The translations under genes and the position numbers were made by a program. A stretch of 63,963 nt of DNA, counting the filler, from Dirinaria sp. TL-2023a (taxonomy: Eukaryota): assembly GCA_051941275.1 (NCBI GenBank). It is 3 parts of 3 records of this genome, joined end to end, with 100 filler letters (N's around TTAATTAATTAA, not from the genome) between each part and the next. Parts side by side here need not be neighbours in the genome. Positions count along the whole stretch, not along the records: positions 45,231 to 63,963 come from JAVEBF010000369.1; 2 more parts are not named here. The stretch is one strand, 5' to 3'. Under the pieces are notes generated by a model that was given only the letters and a program-made list of their open reading frames with translations, made no database searches and was not told the DNA's origin. Below, piece by piece: positions 50,883 to 62,957 of the stretch. The number at the start of each line of letters is the position of its first letter. Positions within the stretch are counted from its first letter, which is position 1.

Positions 50883-52150
50883 TCAGGGGAGCGGCCATGG
50901 CGGAGGGTTTTGATCGACAGGCGATGTGTCCGGTGCGAAGGTCCTGTTCTTGTTGATGATCTGTGCCCGGCTATGTAGACTCTCGACATCGTCTGTAATG
51001 GCCGCACTTCCTCCCTGGATATCTGTGGTATTGTGGTGTTTACTCATAGACTTCATCTTCAAAGTGTCGTTTTTGCCTCGGCCCACACTGATCGACGAGA
51101 GCTTGTAGTTGCTACCGCGACGACGCATGTCGTCACTCCGAATCAAGCCAGATTCGACACTATCTAGGAATGGCTTGAGATAGAGGCAACAAGCGCAAGA
51201 TATGCTCAGGCATTGAATGATCTGAGTGCAGATGGTGACCGACCAAGTATCGATCGTGGGATCCGTCGGCTTCGGAAGCCTGTTCCAGAAGACGAGCTTG
51301 CACACGCAAGCGGCGACGACCCTGTGTCACAATGAGGGAAGATCATCTGGTGTGAAATGACGACTCACATGATACGAAGGGCAAAGAATGAGAAGATAGA
51401 CGACTTCTTCGCCATGGGTATTTGTGTTCTCGAAATCATGATCAGGGGTAGAACAACAAGAGCGGTATCAGTTAGTATATTGGTGACTTCGACATAGTTC
51501 CAGAAAGCATGCTAGCTTCTTGTCAGTGAATAAATCAGAAGATACTCGGACAGAATATACACGGTCGTTGCAGTGCCCGTTTGGCCAGTCCCAGCTGTCC
51601 GGAACATGACACATAAATGCGCCCGCAAACTCTATCGGAACTGCCCAAAGGATGACCAAGACTGCAAATAAAACTGTGGCCCGACGTTCCGATCGATCAG
51701 GTGTAATGGTCTTGATCAGGACCAAAACCGCAAGTTTGGCAAAACATAGGCTTGGAATATAGAGCAGCGCAGCCGCATACTCAGACTAGAGCCGATGAGA
51801 AAGAGCAAAGGAGCGAGTGTAACACATACCTTGAGCTCGGAAGACAGCGAGGACAGGGTCAAGGTTGATGATGGCGTTCCATACCCATTCTCAGCTTGGA
51901 GGAATACGGCAACTGATTGTCCAATATTAAAAAGCTGCATTGAAACTATTTGTGAGCTCAAAGTCCGTCTGGCAATTTGTGAAGAAGACCGAACGCTACT
52001 CACTAAAGATAAAGTGACCAGATAGTCGTCTAGGCTTGCCGAGCGAACAATGATAGCTTTAGTAACTCCCCTGGCAATAGTTACTAGGATAGAGACTATA
52101 AGAAGGAACATAGTCATAACCTTAGCTGCACGGCTAATATTTGTGTCCAT
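50883..52150 (-). CDS. PTH11-like (rhodopsin-domain) integral membrane protein, multi-exon
   Basis: VKAIIVRSASLDDYL-type segment, QAENGYG, AFMCHVPDSWD..GHC, FFALRI, DPTIDTW..ICTQIIQCLSISCACCLYLKPFLDSVESG. Confidence 0.85.
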
Positions 52151-53709
52151 GGCTCACTCATTGACGAGTCTAATTTTTGAAATCTGTCCGAACTTGGACG
52201 TTTTGTTTTGTGAGAATATGCGCTGAATACCAGGCAGTCTGTTGTACGAAAGGCTAGAGCTGTTAGACAAGGCTACTGCGAGCTGAATTCCGATAAATTA
52301 AAAATTAATGCCTCGATCATGCAGAGTCTGCCTCAAGCATTGCGTAATGGCCTTCTCGTGAGATATGCTGATCTAAGATGATATGTCGCGGGTCGAACAT
52401 CCACAGTCCGCTGCTACCATGGTTGGTAAACATGTGCCTGTCCAACTCCAAGATAGGGCGCTGGTTGGCTGATGCAGCAAACGCTTCGCTACATTCGACC
52501 CTGAGATATCCTGTTTAGGCAATTGTACGGTTTTGAGATCAGCAGCTGCAGAAATCGTATGTTGTGTACACCCATATGTGGCATGGAAAGCAGCTGCGAG
52601 TTTATCGTTGAGTGCTGATTGGGCACAACACTCGCATTTTATTCGCTACTCTAAGATGCATATGAGTAAGCATTCTCGGATGGACTGCAGTTATATGAGT
52701 TCAGCATACATGATTAGGCGATTAGATAGGGACCTGCATCGAGCTCTCACCGCATCAACTTTGAGACACCGACATTGAATAGATAGGGGTAACTTTTTGC
52801 TACGAGGAATCCTTCTACTGGGTCGGCGTCTGTATGCTGGTGGTTTCGGTAGAGAATATTGTAGTCCCGGCCTAGATGATGATGACTGCATTAATCATGC
52901 GTGGCGAAGTGCCTCAGGGTTGTGATGATTTGAAGTAGCACAAGTTTTCTGGCCTATCGTTAAGATCATCGACCGAACATGTGACAGCAATCCAGGGGAT
53001 GACGGAGTGATAGCAGAGGTAGGATTGAGGGATTGCCTACTTCCTGCAGCGATGCAGAACCAGAAGTCATGGTTGATGCCACGCCTTATCGTTTTGAGTG
53101 AGGCTGATGGAAGTTTTCTTGAACGTTCAGTTGCTCCAGTGCTGTGCCGCGGTAACTTCAAATTTGTTCTGTCCCAGCTTAACATATCAGAGGTCTAACC
53201 TTTCCAGAGATTGCCTGATGTCACATCCAGTACGATGCATTATCTCGCCTCTGAGCTGTGCCCAATTGTTGAGCCTTTAGCTAGCGGCGGAGCTGGAAAT
53301 TGCCTTCAAGACGCCTAAATCTGACTGCATATGCCTGGTCCGCGATCATTCGCAATACGCTTAACAATCAGCTTGCCAAGATGTATGCAGATAAGAGAGA
53401 ATTTGACTCTAAGGAGTTACGAGGATCATCCTGTAATTTCCGGAAGCAGAAAGCTGTGTAAACTCTCGATGGGGAAGCAATTTGCAGGAAACGATCTGGA
53501 GCATCCTCTGCCGTGGCAGAGCGCGGAAAGCTGTCGTCCGAAGTCCTAACTTGTTGGACGTTATCCTTGTTGCTAGGCTTGCCATAAGATCTTAACAATT
53601 TAAGTCATTACTGAGTCTGTCGTCTTTCTTGATTTTGGCCTTGCATCGTCAGACAAACTTTATCAATGTTTTTGAAGTCCTATCCTTCACAAACCAGCCT
53701 ACTCCTTAA

Positions 53710-55779
53710 ATGGCAAAAGTCAGCATAGACGACCAAGAGCTGCAATGGATGTCCAACACTGGCATACGAAATGAATCGCTAGATCGTGATCGAGCCGATC
53801 TCATACGGTTGGGCAAAAAGCCAGTGTTGAGGGTATAACTTGCAGAAAACGGAGCGAACTTGCAAAAGCTGATGTATTTTATCAACAGCGCAACTTTGGG
53901 TTCATGTCGATGCTAGGCTTTAGCTGCACCATCCTCACCACTTGGGAAGCAACATTGAAGTAAGTGTCCAGCAAGAGTGAGAACAGAAACGGCGACTGAC
54001 TCATGTTTTAGCCTCTTTCAGCTTGGCTTCCAAAAGTATGGCTGATGTTCCGGCTACAGCAATTACTTCGACGTCTAACAAAGCATCTAGCGGTGGCTCG
54101 GCTGGGCTTGTATATGGGTTTCTCATTGTATGGGCAGGCACTGCCGCAGTGTTTGCTTCCCTCAGTGAGCTTGCTTCCATGTATGCCTAAATGAGCATCA
54201 GCTAGCTCCTTCTAAATGTTGCAGGGCACCTACCGCTGGAGGACAGTATCACTGGGTCTCCATGCTTGCACCAGTCTCTTCGAAAAAATTCTTCAGTTAT
54301 GTAACAGGCAGGTTCTGATTACCTCCATCAAACCTTACACGCACTGACGGCTCTCAGGCTGGCTCACGGTCTGGGGTTGGCAGACTAATGTCGCTTCGGT
54401 CTCGTATATTTCAGGGACCCTCGTCCAAGGCCTGATAACAGTAACGCATCCGTCATACAATCCAAAACCATGGCACGCCATGCTTCTATATTGGCTTGCC
54501 ATCTGCATCTCAGTTTTCTTTAATACTGTTATTGGTCGGCTGCTTCCGAAAGTCGAAGGTTTTATCTTGGTCATACACATTCTGGGTTTCTTTGCTATTA
54601 TCCTTCCTCTCATTTTCTTCGGTCGACATCAGGACGCTTCCGAAGTATTCACCAGCTTTATGAATACTCAAAACTTTCCCACGAAAGGTTTGTCGTTCAT
54701 GGTTGGTATTGTAGGCACTGCCTTTCCATTTTTGGGTAAGCACCCTGCATTAGCTAGATGACATATCAGTCCGCAGAATCTAACGTGGTCATTAGGGGCG
54801 GATGGTGCCATGCATGCATGTTTCTTATCCACACCACTTATTTCGAAGTAGGATTAGCTAACAGGTGACAGATGTCCGAAGAGATTAAAGGAGCTGCTCT
54901 CGTGGTGCCGCGCTCCCTCATGAGCAGCATATTTGTAAATGGGGCCTTGGGATTTGCCGTACTACTCGCAACGCTTTTCAGTCTAGATCATGTGGAGAAA
55001 GTACTGAAGGCACCAACGAATTATCCCTACCTGCAGATTTTTATCGACTCCACTGGCTCCGTTGCTGGCGCTACTGCAATGGCAAGCATCACAACAGTCA
55101 TGTCTTTCTCAGCAAATATAGGCATTCTTGCGACAGCTTCCCGGATGTGCTGGTCCTTCTGTCGAGATCGGGGCTTGCCGGGTTGGCAAAAATTGTCACA
55201 CGTGAGCTTCCCATCAAGTTGTCTGCTGATCATGGCTACTGAGTCTTGTCAATGCTTTCGAAATGGAATGTTGGGTTGCCAAGCTGACGTAAAGTTCGTC
55301 GGACTTAGATTGATCGGCGCACCACGCTTCCAGTTAGGTCCATCATTTTCACGATGCTCATATCGGTGCTGCTCTCCCTTATAGTTCTGGCTTCGTCCAC
55401 GGCATTCCATGACCTAGTCGGACTTACTGTTGCCGCGCTCAACTCGTCCTATCTCATCGCTTCCGGCCTTCTACTCTATAGACGCTGTACGGGTGGCATA
55501 TTGCCGCCTCGCATGGGCTCTAGAGACTCCGGGAATCCCGAATTGACATATGGACCGTGGTATATACCAGGTATCTATGGTATAATCGTTAACATATTTG
55601 CCTGCATGTACCAGATCATCATCGTCTTTTTCTGTATGTGGCCCTCCGAACTGCCGGTTACGTCTGAGAATATGAACTACACTGTGCTTATCATGGTGGT
55701 CATCATCGCGTTCAGCGCTGGTTACTATTATTTTTGGGCAAGACGTTTCTATACAGGACCTGTTGTAGAGGTCATTTGA
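53710..55779 (+). CDS. APC-superfamily amino acid permease (GABA/choline, Uga4/Hnm1-like), many short exons
   Basis: LIRLGKKPVLR|RNFGFMSMLGFS, GGSAGLVYGF, SLSELASM|APTAGGQYHWVSMLAP, GWLTVWGWQ, HMSEEIKGAALVVPRS, ASRMCWSFCRDRGLP, ENMNY, FYTGP. Confidence 0.93.
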
Positions 55780-56487
55780 ATTCTCTTGGCCATTTTTTGC
55801 TGCGCATCCTGCTCAAGGGATTGTTGCTCGTCGAGGTGGGTTGGATATCCATATGATTGGTCAGTCGTTATTCGTCAATACTTTTCATGCATGAGAAATA
55901 GTTAGCCGCTGTGTTAGTATACAGCCATAAAGGTTCGCCTCATTGTCTGATTAAGGATTGCATTTGCCTGAGTAGGATGAAGTCTTCGATCCCCGCATAG
56001 TTCGGATATGTGCAAGGCGCGTCCGAAGATACGAGTAGTTGTATGAAATCGTATACGGGCCGCTGAAAAGGCCGAAATGCTTCATTAGCCTCATCGACTT
56101 AGTCTTGCCAAGAGCCTCACTCGTCCCAAGTGAATGTACTTGATAGGGACGGGTGCAGGGAAACCTCACCTCCAGGCAACGGTAAGGTTGTTCTCATCGA
56201 GCGCCTTGCATGCATGCTATTGACTTATTAAGGTTGAAGCTAATCAATTCTGTAGGCTCGAGTCGGCTGACTTTTAGTCGCGCCAATTGGCTTTGCTGGC
56301 TAAGTATTGTTAGTGTCTCACTAGAATACTACTTCAAGAACACTTGTAGTCGTGAGCTCAAGAGTTGAGCACCTCCTGAACAAGGTAGGAAAGGTTAAGG
56401 ACTTCATCTTGCTTCCATAGACCTAGTCAGGGGGTGCGGATGTTAGCTTCGAATCGATTTCGATATTCTCAAGCTTGCACAGCTTCC

Positions 56488-57285
56488 ATGGACCTCCCAC
56501 TATCGCACTGCATCCCCTCTGACGCGCCCGAGCTGGCCCGAATACACCACGCCGTCTTCTCAAGCCCAATCTACCGCGTCATGTATGAGCATGCCAAGCC
56601 TGAGGCCGTGGTGGAGAAATATGAAAAATTCTTCACCGATGGCATACTTGAACAAGCGAACCGGACCGATTGCCGCGAAGTCCATTACTTGAAGATCACC
56701 AACCCAGGCACAGGGGAGATAATGGCCTATATAGTATGGGTCTTCCTGCCAAACGGATATTATGCGGCCGAGGACTCACAGACTAGTGTCGAGGGTTTCC
56801 CGGACGGGAGTAATATACCAGTGTTGCACGAATTTAAGAGGGTGATCAAGGTCGTGAGGGGTGAAGATAAGGGACGGAAAGGACCTCATTTCTGTAAGTC
56901 GTTGCTTCTTGACCTGGCTTACTCTACCTTCTGTAAAGAGCAGAAGCGCCACTCTGCACAAACCTTTTCTCCCTCCCGAGCCATAATCCAACGAGAAACC
57001 TATTCCTAATGTTCGATCTCAAAAGTATTATCTCTTCTCGGCACAAACCCTGACCACGAAAGAAAAGGCGCCGCATCCAAACTCGTCAAGTGGATCTTTG
57101 ATCGCGCGGATGCTGCGCAGTTGCCTTGCTATGTAGATTCGAGTCGCACCGCTCATGCTCTGTATGAGCGTTTGGGCTTCCGGGATTTCGGCGAGATGCG
57201 AGTTAATCTGGACCAGTTTCAAGGCGGTCAAGGAATGGGGTTGCAGCAATGGTTCGCTATGAAGAGAGAACCAGCCAATGAATGA
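56488..57285 (+). CDS. GNAT-family N-acetyltransferase; intron about 56894-57025
   Basis: SDAPELARIHHAVF N-terminus; exon 2 LSLLGTNPDHERKGAASKLVKWIFDRADAAQLPCYVDSS..ALYERLGF..AMKREP contains GNAT motifs A and B. Confidence 0.9.
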
Positions 57286-57547
57286 TGTCCGTCGTTTTTT
57301 GATATCCCGACCGTCACGATAACTTATTTATCTTGCTCGTATCAGTAAAGCAGTAGCCAATAGGTGCATTAAGTGAAAGTTGCGCTGCTGAGTAGATTGT
57401 ATACGAAAACCTCCGAACAGTAACTCGCGAGCTAAAGATCGATCTCCGTCATCAGGGATATATCGTTGCATTTCTGAAATGCTCTCCTTAGTTTAGGAAT
57501 ATGAGTTATACATAAATATGGAAACTAAGCGCGATAACAATAAGAGA

Positions 57548-60500
57548 TTACGAAATACTCATTTTGTCCACACTAGCGTGAATACGTGTACCATCCGCTC
57601 GTTCAAAAGCCTCTCTAGTCTGCGGATGATCCTTACCAAGAGCATGGACGTACAGCTCCGCAGCTTCCTGGAATAGATGCTCAGCTTTCGCTTTCTCATC
57701 TTCCGACATCTCACAGAGACCGGCAAGGCAATACTTCGAGTCGGCTTCCGGCTTAGCAACCCCTTTGCCGCTTTCCTTCCAACCACTAATGGTCTTTTCA
57801 AGCAGCTTTCTGGCTTCGACCACTTTGCCTTGCCTGCTGTAGAGAATGGCTAGATTATGAAAGGCACTCAATGTCGACGCGTGAGCTGGGCCGAAGCCGC
57901 CCTCCAAAGCTTTGGTTGTTGGCAAGACTATCTTCTCGGCATCATCCAGGCGGTTTTGCTGCATGAGAAGAATGCCCAGGTTGTGTTTCGTGAGTTGTGT
58001 TGCCGTGTAGTGTGGACCGAAAGCCATCTCCAGGCAGGTGAGAGCACGAGCCAGGAATTCTTGAGCCTTGCCATAATCTCCAATACGGGTATACAGAACT
58101 CCCAGATTGTTAATGACTTCAGCGGTGAAAGAACCCTCGGGTCCAACGACCTTTTCCCTTCCTTGAAGGGCTTGCTTAAGAAGTTCTTCGGCTATATCTA
58201 AACGGCCAATCTTCATGTACAGTACTCCAAGGCCATTGTAAGTGCTCAGCACACTCGCAAACCATGGCTCGAATTGCTGGAGATTTGCTGTATAATCTGC
58301 TTGATATGCTAAACCGTCCTTTGTTAATTTGTCGTCCTGAGTCCAGTAGCTGAATCCTAATGTTGTGACGTCAAGCTTTTGATCGCCCTTCAAAGGTAGT
58401 TGTTTGCCAAGGGATATCAGTACCTCATTGTATAATTTCTCGGCCTTTTCAAGCTCACCCAGATCGCAAAACATGTTAGCAAGTACATTCAGCATGGCTG
58501 GAGAAACATCTTCATCGCACATTGCCCGTTGAATCAATCCTTGAGTTTCTTGGTATCGTCCAAGTCGACGATAGAAGCTACCGAAGGAGACCGAAGCCTC
58601 TTTAAGAGCATTTGACACGTGTCTTCTACCGTTGTGGAAGACTCGATCATGTTCAATAATCTTGTCGATATGAGCGAGAGTTTCGCTCTTATCTTGGATT
58701 GGCATCTCCTTCTTATCTCCACTATCGACGAAAAATCGCACCACCCGGATAGCTTCCTCTGTATATTGAGCCCTTTCACTTGGGTCGATACGAAGCTTAA
58801 GCCACTCGGCAACAAGTGGATGGAATGAGATCCGAGCATCGTCTGACATGAGGTCGATGGTAGTCACCAGGGCCACAGAACATAGAAGGACTACAGTATC
58901 CTGATATTTGCTACTGTCCCACGCACCTTGATCCATGAACGCAGCCAACCAAGTTGGCCCGTTGGCCTGCTGAGAGTAGAGACTAAAGAGTCCTTCGCTG
59001 ATGTTTTTAGTATCGATGAAGGCGGCCAACGTCAAAAGATGGATGATTGCATCCCGTTCTTGACCTCTGGCTTCAAGTTGTTCGAAAGACATTTCCCACG
59101 TTGTGAAGACCGAGACGGATTGCTCCGTCTCATGCCCCCTAGACTTCTTATATTCCCATTGTGTAGGAGTCTAGATATCATCCTGTTAGATTTTGTTTCG
59201 CAAACGCTGAGGGATAATGCAAATTACAGTCCTTGTGCTAGTCAAGGTTTTGATTGTTACTGGTGGGGTTTCGCAAGAAAGATGACCTACATGCTTGAAA
59301 ATAGCAGCTCGGCTTTTCTCATATACTCCAGCAAATGCATGCAGAGGCACGTGCCTAGCACTGATATATGTTGCTGCCTGATCAATCGCTAAAGCAAGCC
59401 CACCCAACCCTTCAGCAATGGCCTTGGCGTTTTCGACATTCTCCCTAGTCTGTTCCAGCCCAGATTGATGGAGCAAGAGTTCTATACCTTCATCTTCAGA
59501 CATAGCTCCAACCTCAATAGAACTTCCAAGTCTTTTTGAGTCGGTGTGTCGGCTAGTAAAGAGAATTTTGGCGCCGTGTGGGAAGAAGTCTTTGACAGCG
59601 GTGAACTCGCCCGGCTGATCAAAGGTATCGAAGACAAATAACAGTGGATCGTTGAAGACTTGCAAGGCTGCGAGAACGTATGTTCTCGCAGCTTCAGAGT
59701 TTGAGAAATTGGCGCCGGGAGCGAGTTTCGAGCCGATATTTTCGAAGCTGCGGAACGCTGTTCCGGAATTCGTTGCATCCACCCAAAATACCGAGTGGCT
59801 TAATCGTTGCTTCCTGCAATACTCGAGCGCCAGCTGCGTTTTGCCTTGGCCTGCAGCCTGTGTCAGCTTCTACCAGCAGCTAGACTCAGGAATACCTACC
59901 GCCCATCCCACGCAATACCACGACCTTCGTGCGATAGTCGCCCTTCTCATCAGTTTGCAAATAACTGTCTATTTCCTCGAGCATATGCTTGCGTCCAACG
60001 AAATACTGCACATTCATCGCGGGCACCTCGAAATATCGCCCTATCACTGGCGCACCTTGTAGGGACAGGTCTGAAGTCGCAGTAACGGCCAAGTGACTGA
60101 ATTATAGAGTGAGCGTAGACTTATACCTGTTTTTAAGTTAGCATCCAAGACGACTCGACAAAGGGAACAAGGCCTCCTCAGGCTTACGCTTCTAGACTTT
60201 TCTGAATTTCTCCAATTGCCTTTTCGGAGCGGATACTTTTCACAGCTTTCTTCGTCTTCTGTGCAAATGACTCCCCTTCTAGGGGCAGACATTCTTCCAG
60301 ATAATTTTCGAGTGCTGCGACCAATCTATGACAGCCTTCTATGGTCTTTGTTAGGCGTTTTTGTGAGTCGGGATCGAGTCCCCCATCGTTGCAAGCGTCC
60401 CTGACCTCTTCGAAGGTGGTAATAAGCAGAGGTATGGTATCGTGCAGCGTCACGAATATTTGGGGAGGTGACTTAGTCCTAGAGAGGTAGTACTCAAGCC

Positions 60501-60579
60501 GATCGGCAATTTTAGAGCCCATATCAATGCAGGATATGACAGAGCTGATGACGCCGAGAGCTATGATAACCTCAGCCAT
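57548..60579 (-). CDS. Fungal NLR: SesA/HeLo-like N-terminal domain + NB-ARC + TPR repeats; in-frame TAA at 60104-60102 under the proximal splice acceptor
   Basis: Exon 1 MAEVIIALGVISSVISCID..LPLEGESF..KKAVKSIRSEK. FVGR, intron-split P-loop VVVLRGMG|GQGKTQLALEYC, VFWVDA, LFVFDTFD, ILFTSR, LGGLALAIDQAATYI, TTWEMSFEQL, FHPLV. TPRs of the YNGLGVLY../INNLGVLY../HNLAILY../LGKDHPQT type. Confidence 0.9.
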
Positions 60580-60775
60580 AAGCCTTTAGACCTCCGTTGA
60601 GCGCGCCGTGTTCCATTGATGTCGAAACCTTGGTACTGCCAAGGTCTCTCGGCGGATGGGACTCCATATGGACGGAGTCGCCTGATTGGGCGATTTGCGG
60701 CCGGCAAGTTACAGTACCTAAGAGGGTATGCTTGTGCCGAAAGGTAGCCCGATTGAGGGTGGTCATTCTGATGGC

Positions 60776-60807
60776 GAGGCTGTGAGGCTGTGAGGCTGTG
60801 AGGCTGC
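60776..60807. repeat. 8-bp tandem repeat (GAGGCTGT) x4 about 200 bp upstream of the NLR start
   Basis: Direct reading of the sequence. Confidence 0.9.
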
Positions 60808-61516
60808 GGTTTAGCTGTGTGGGACGCACATTGGCCGAGAATCAAGAGTTCGAGGGCCTCTTGGCATCTGACAACCCAGTGGCAACCCTAAAACTTTTCA
60901 TTTCTTCAGAACTGTTGGCGGATCTTGGCATTTCTATTCTCCACTCATACCTTGATTGCTCCATCCAATTTGTGGCAATACAATGAACGATATCCTCGGA
61001 ATTCTCGAAATGATGTTAGCCATCTGAAGATGCACAACCGTATTCTTGTCGTCTAATTTTGAACAATGTCGACAACAGTCAAGTCGATGATAAGCTCGAT
61101 AATAGATTTGGACCTTGGTCTTCTCGATCATCTTCCAAATGCCTTGGAACGTTTTCCAAAATCTATCAGACTTCTAGCCGTTTGGTGTATAAGGTAGCCG
61201 AAGTAATCATCGTATCAAGGGTTCAGCTTGGCTAGGGAAGAGTGTCTCGACCCTAGCGTTTGCTGAGAGTCATGGCATGCCAATGCCATCTCGTATGCGC
61301 ATAAGCATGTCAGATCGCGTGTAAGCAGTCAGCTGATCTACGCACGGCGCCATACGATCTCGGTAACAACGCCGGCCAAGGCTTCCAACTGGTGCCCTCA
61401 ACAGCCTCCTTGGACGTAGGTCGATATGCTATTTTGCGCCTCCATCACTTGCCTCCGCTCCGAGGCTAGTCAGCAGTTCTTCCATTTTTCGAACTGGACG
61501 CATATGCATGCCGCGC

Positions 61517-61517
<1 letters not shown>

Positions 61518-61547
<30 letters not shown>
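61518..61547. repeat. Poly(A) tract of about 30 nt in the divergent NLR/PTH11-like intergenic region
   Basis: Direct reading; poly(dA:dT) tracts commonly exclude nucleosomes in fungal promoters. Confidence 0.85.
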
Positions 61548-61550
<3 letters not shown>

Positions 61551-61791
61551 ATCGGAGGATGGTGGGAGGGTATGGTCTAGAGCTCGTCGCGCGAGCTGTA
61601 CCATCTTACTGCATAATACATGTTTTTACAATAGAAAGTGTTTCGTTCCAGTCGGCGTTGATCCACCAATGTCATACTTCATCCACTACGCATCCTTTTA
61701 TGAACAATCGAAAGCACTGAACTGATTTCGTTTATAGGTTTTGAACCTCGCATACCAGTTTCGAGCTCACTTGAAGGAATCTCACCTTAAG

Positions 61792-62957
61792 ATGGATTTG
61801 AGTCAATACCCTCCGGCGTATCTTGCTGAGAATCGCGGTCGGCAGCTACTGAATGTGGGCATCGCATTCGGCGTTATCGATACAGTTTTTCTCGCACTTT
61901 TTATATGGGCACGAGCTCTATCGAGGACGCTAAATGGCGTCGACTTCTGGCTCATTCCGGCGGCGTATGTGGGATGCTTCAGTCATGTAATAATCATCGC
62001 CCGTTTGTTGACTCTCATTCAACTTTGCTCCCTCGGACCGCTAAGTTTTTGCGCAGTCTTCGTGAAGTATGGTGCAGGCCGTCACTACATGGCTTTAACA
62101 CCTAGCGAGCTCGAGATACAATTGAAACTCACGTTCTCCGAATACTTTCTCTACTGGCCTTCGACGTCGCTCCCGAAGCTAGCGATTTTGTGTCTGTACC
62201 TGCGAATTTTCACACAGCGACGTTTTCGTTACGTCGTGTACGTGATTGCTGTGGTCATGATGCTTAATTGGTTCATAGTGTGCATTGTGGCTCTTTCAAT
62301 ATGCAAGCCGATTCAGTATAGCTGGAATAAAGCCATCCCAGACGGTCATTGTGGCGATCTAATGAGCTCCTATCGCTGGGCTAGTTTTCCCAACCTCATC
62401 ACTGATCTAGTTATGCTCATTCTGCCTCTGCCTCTGGTATGGAAACTCCATATCGGCCTTAGTCAGAAAATTGGTCTCAGTCTGACCTTCATAACCGGCA
62501 GCGTGTACGTCGTTCACTTTCTGTTCAGCCTCGTTTATATCATTCCGCTAATAAAATCTCTTTGCTCTGCAGTGGCACGATCACCTCCGCTGTCCGCTTC
62601 GCCACTTTCTTCACCCTCGACCTCATCTCCGATCCGACCTGGTACGCCGTGACCAGTATGACTTGGACATGCATCGAGCCAAGTGTTTACTTCATTGCCG
62701 CAATCCTTCCCTCCCTTAGGCCTTTGGTCGTCCAATTGTTTAAGGACGTCGATTTGAGCAATCTTTACAGTCGTCGCACGGGTAATAACAGTCATAAGAT
62801 CCATTCGTCACCGCGCCAACAAACCGCCCAAATTCCACTGGCGAGAATAAAGGAAGACCGAGCCAACTCAGCAGCTAATCCTGGCAGCCGGAGCGGGTTT
62901 AGTAAACTTAGCGATACGGAGGAGGGTAACACTCAGGATTATCAGCAAGGCTGGTGA
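61792..62957 (+). CDS. PTH11-like (rhodopsin-domain) integral membrane protein; 2 introns
   Basis: YLAENRG, GVDFWLI, YGAGRH, LPKLAILCLYLRIF, ICKPIQYSWNKAIPDGHC, NLITDLVMLILPLPLVWKLH..QKIGL, DPTW, WTCIEPSVYFIAAILPSLRPL. Confidence 0.92.
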
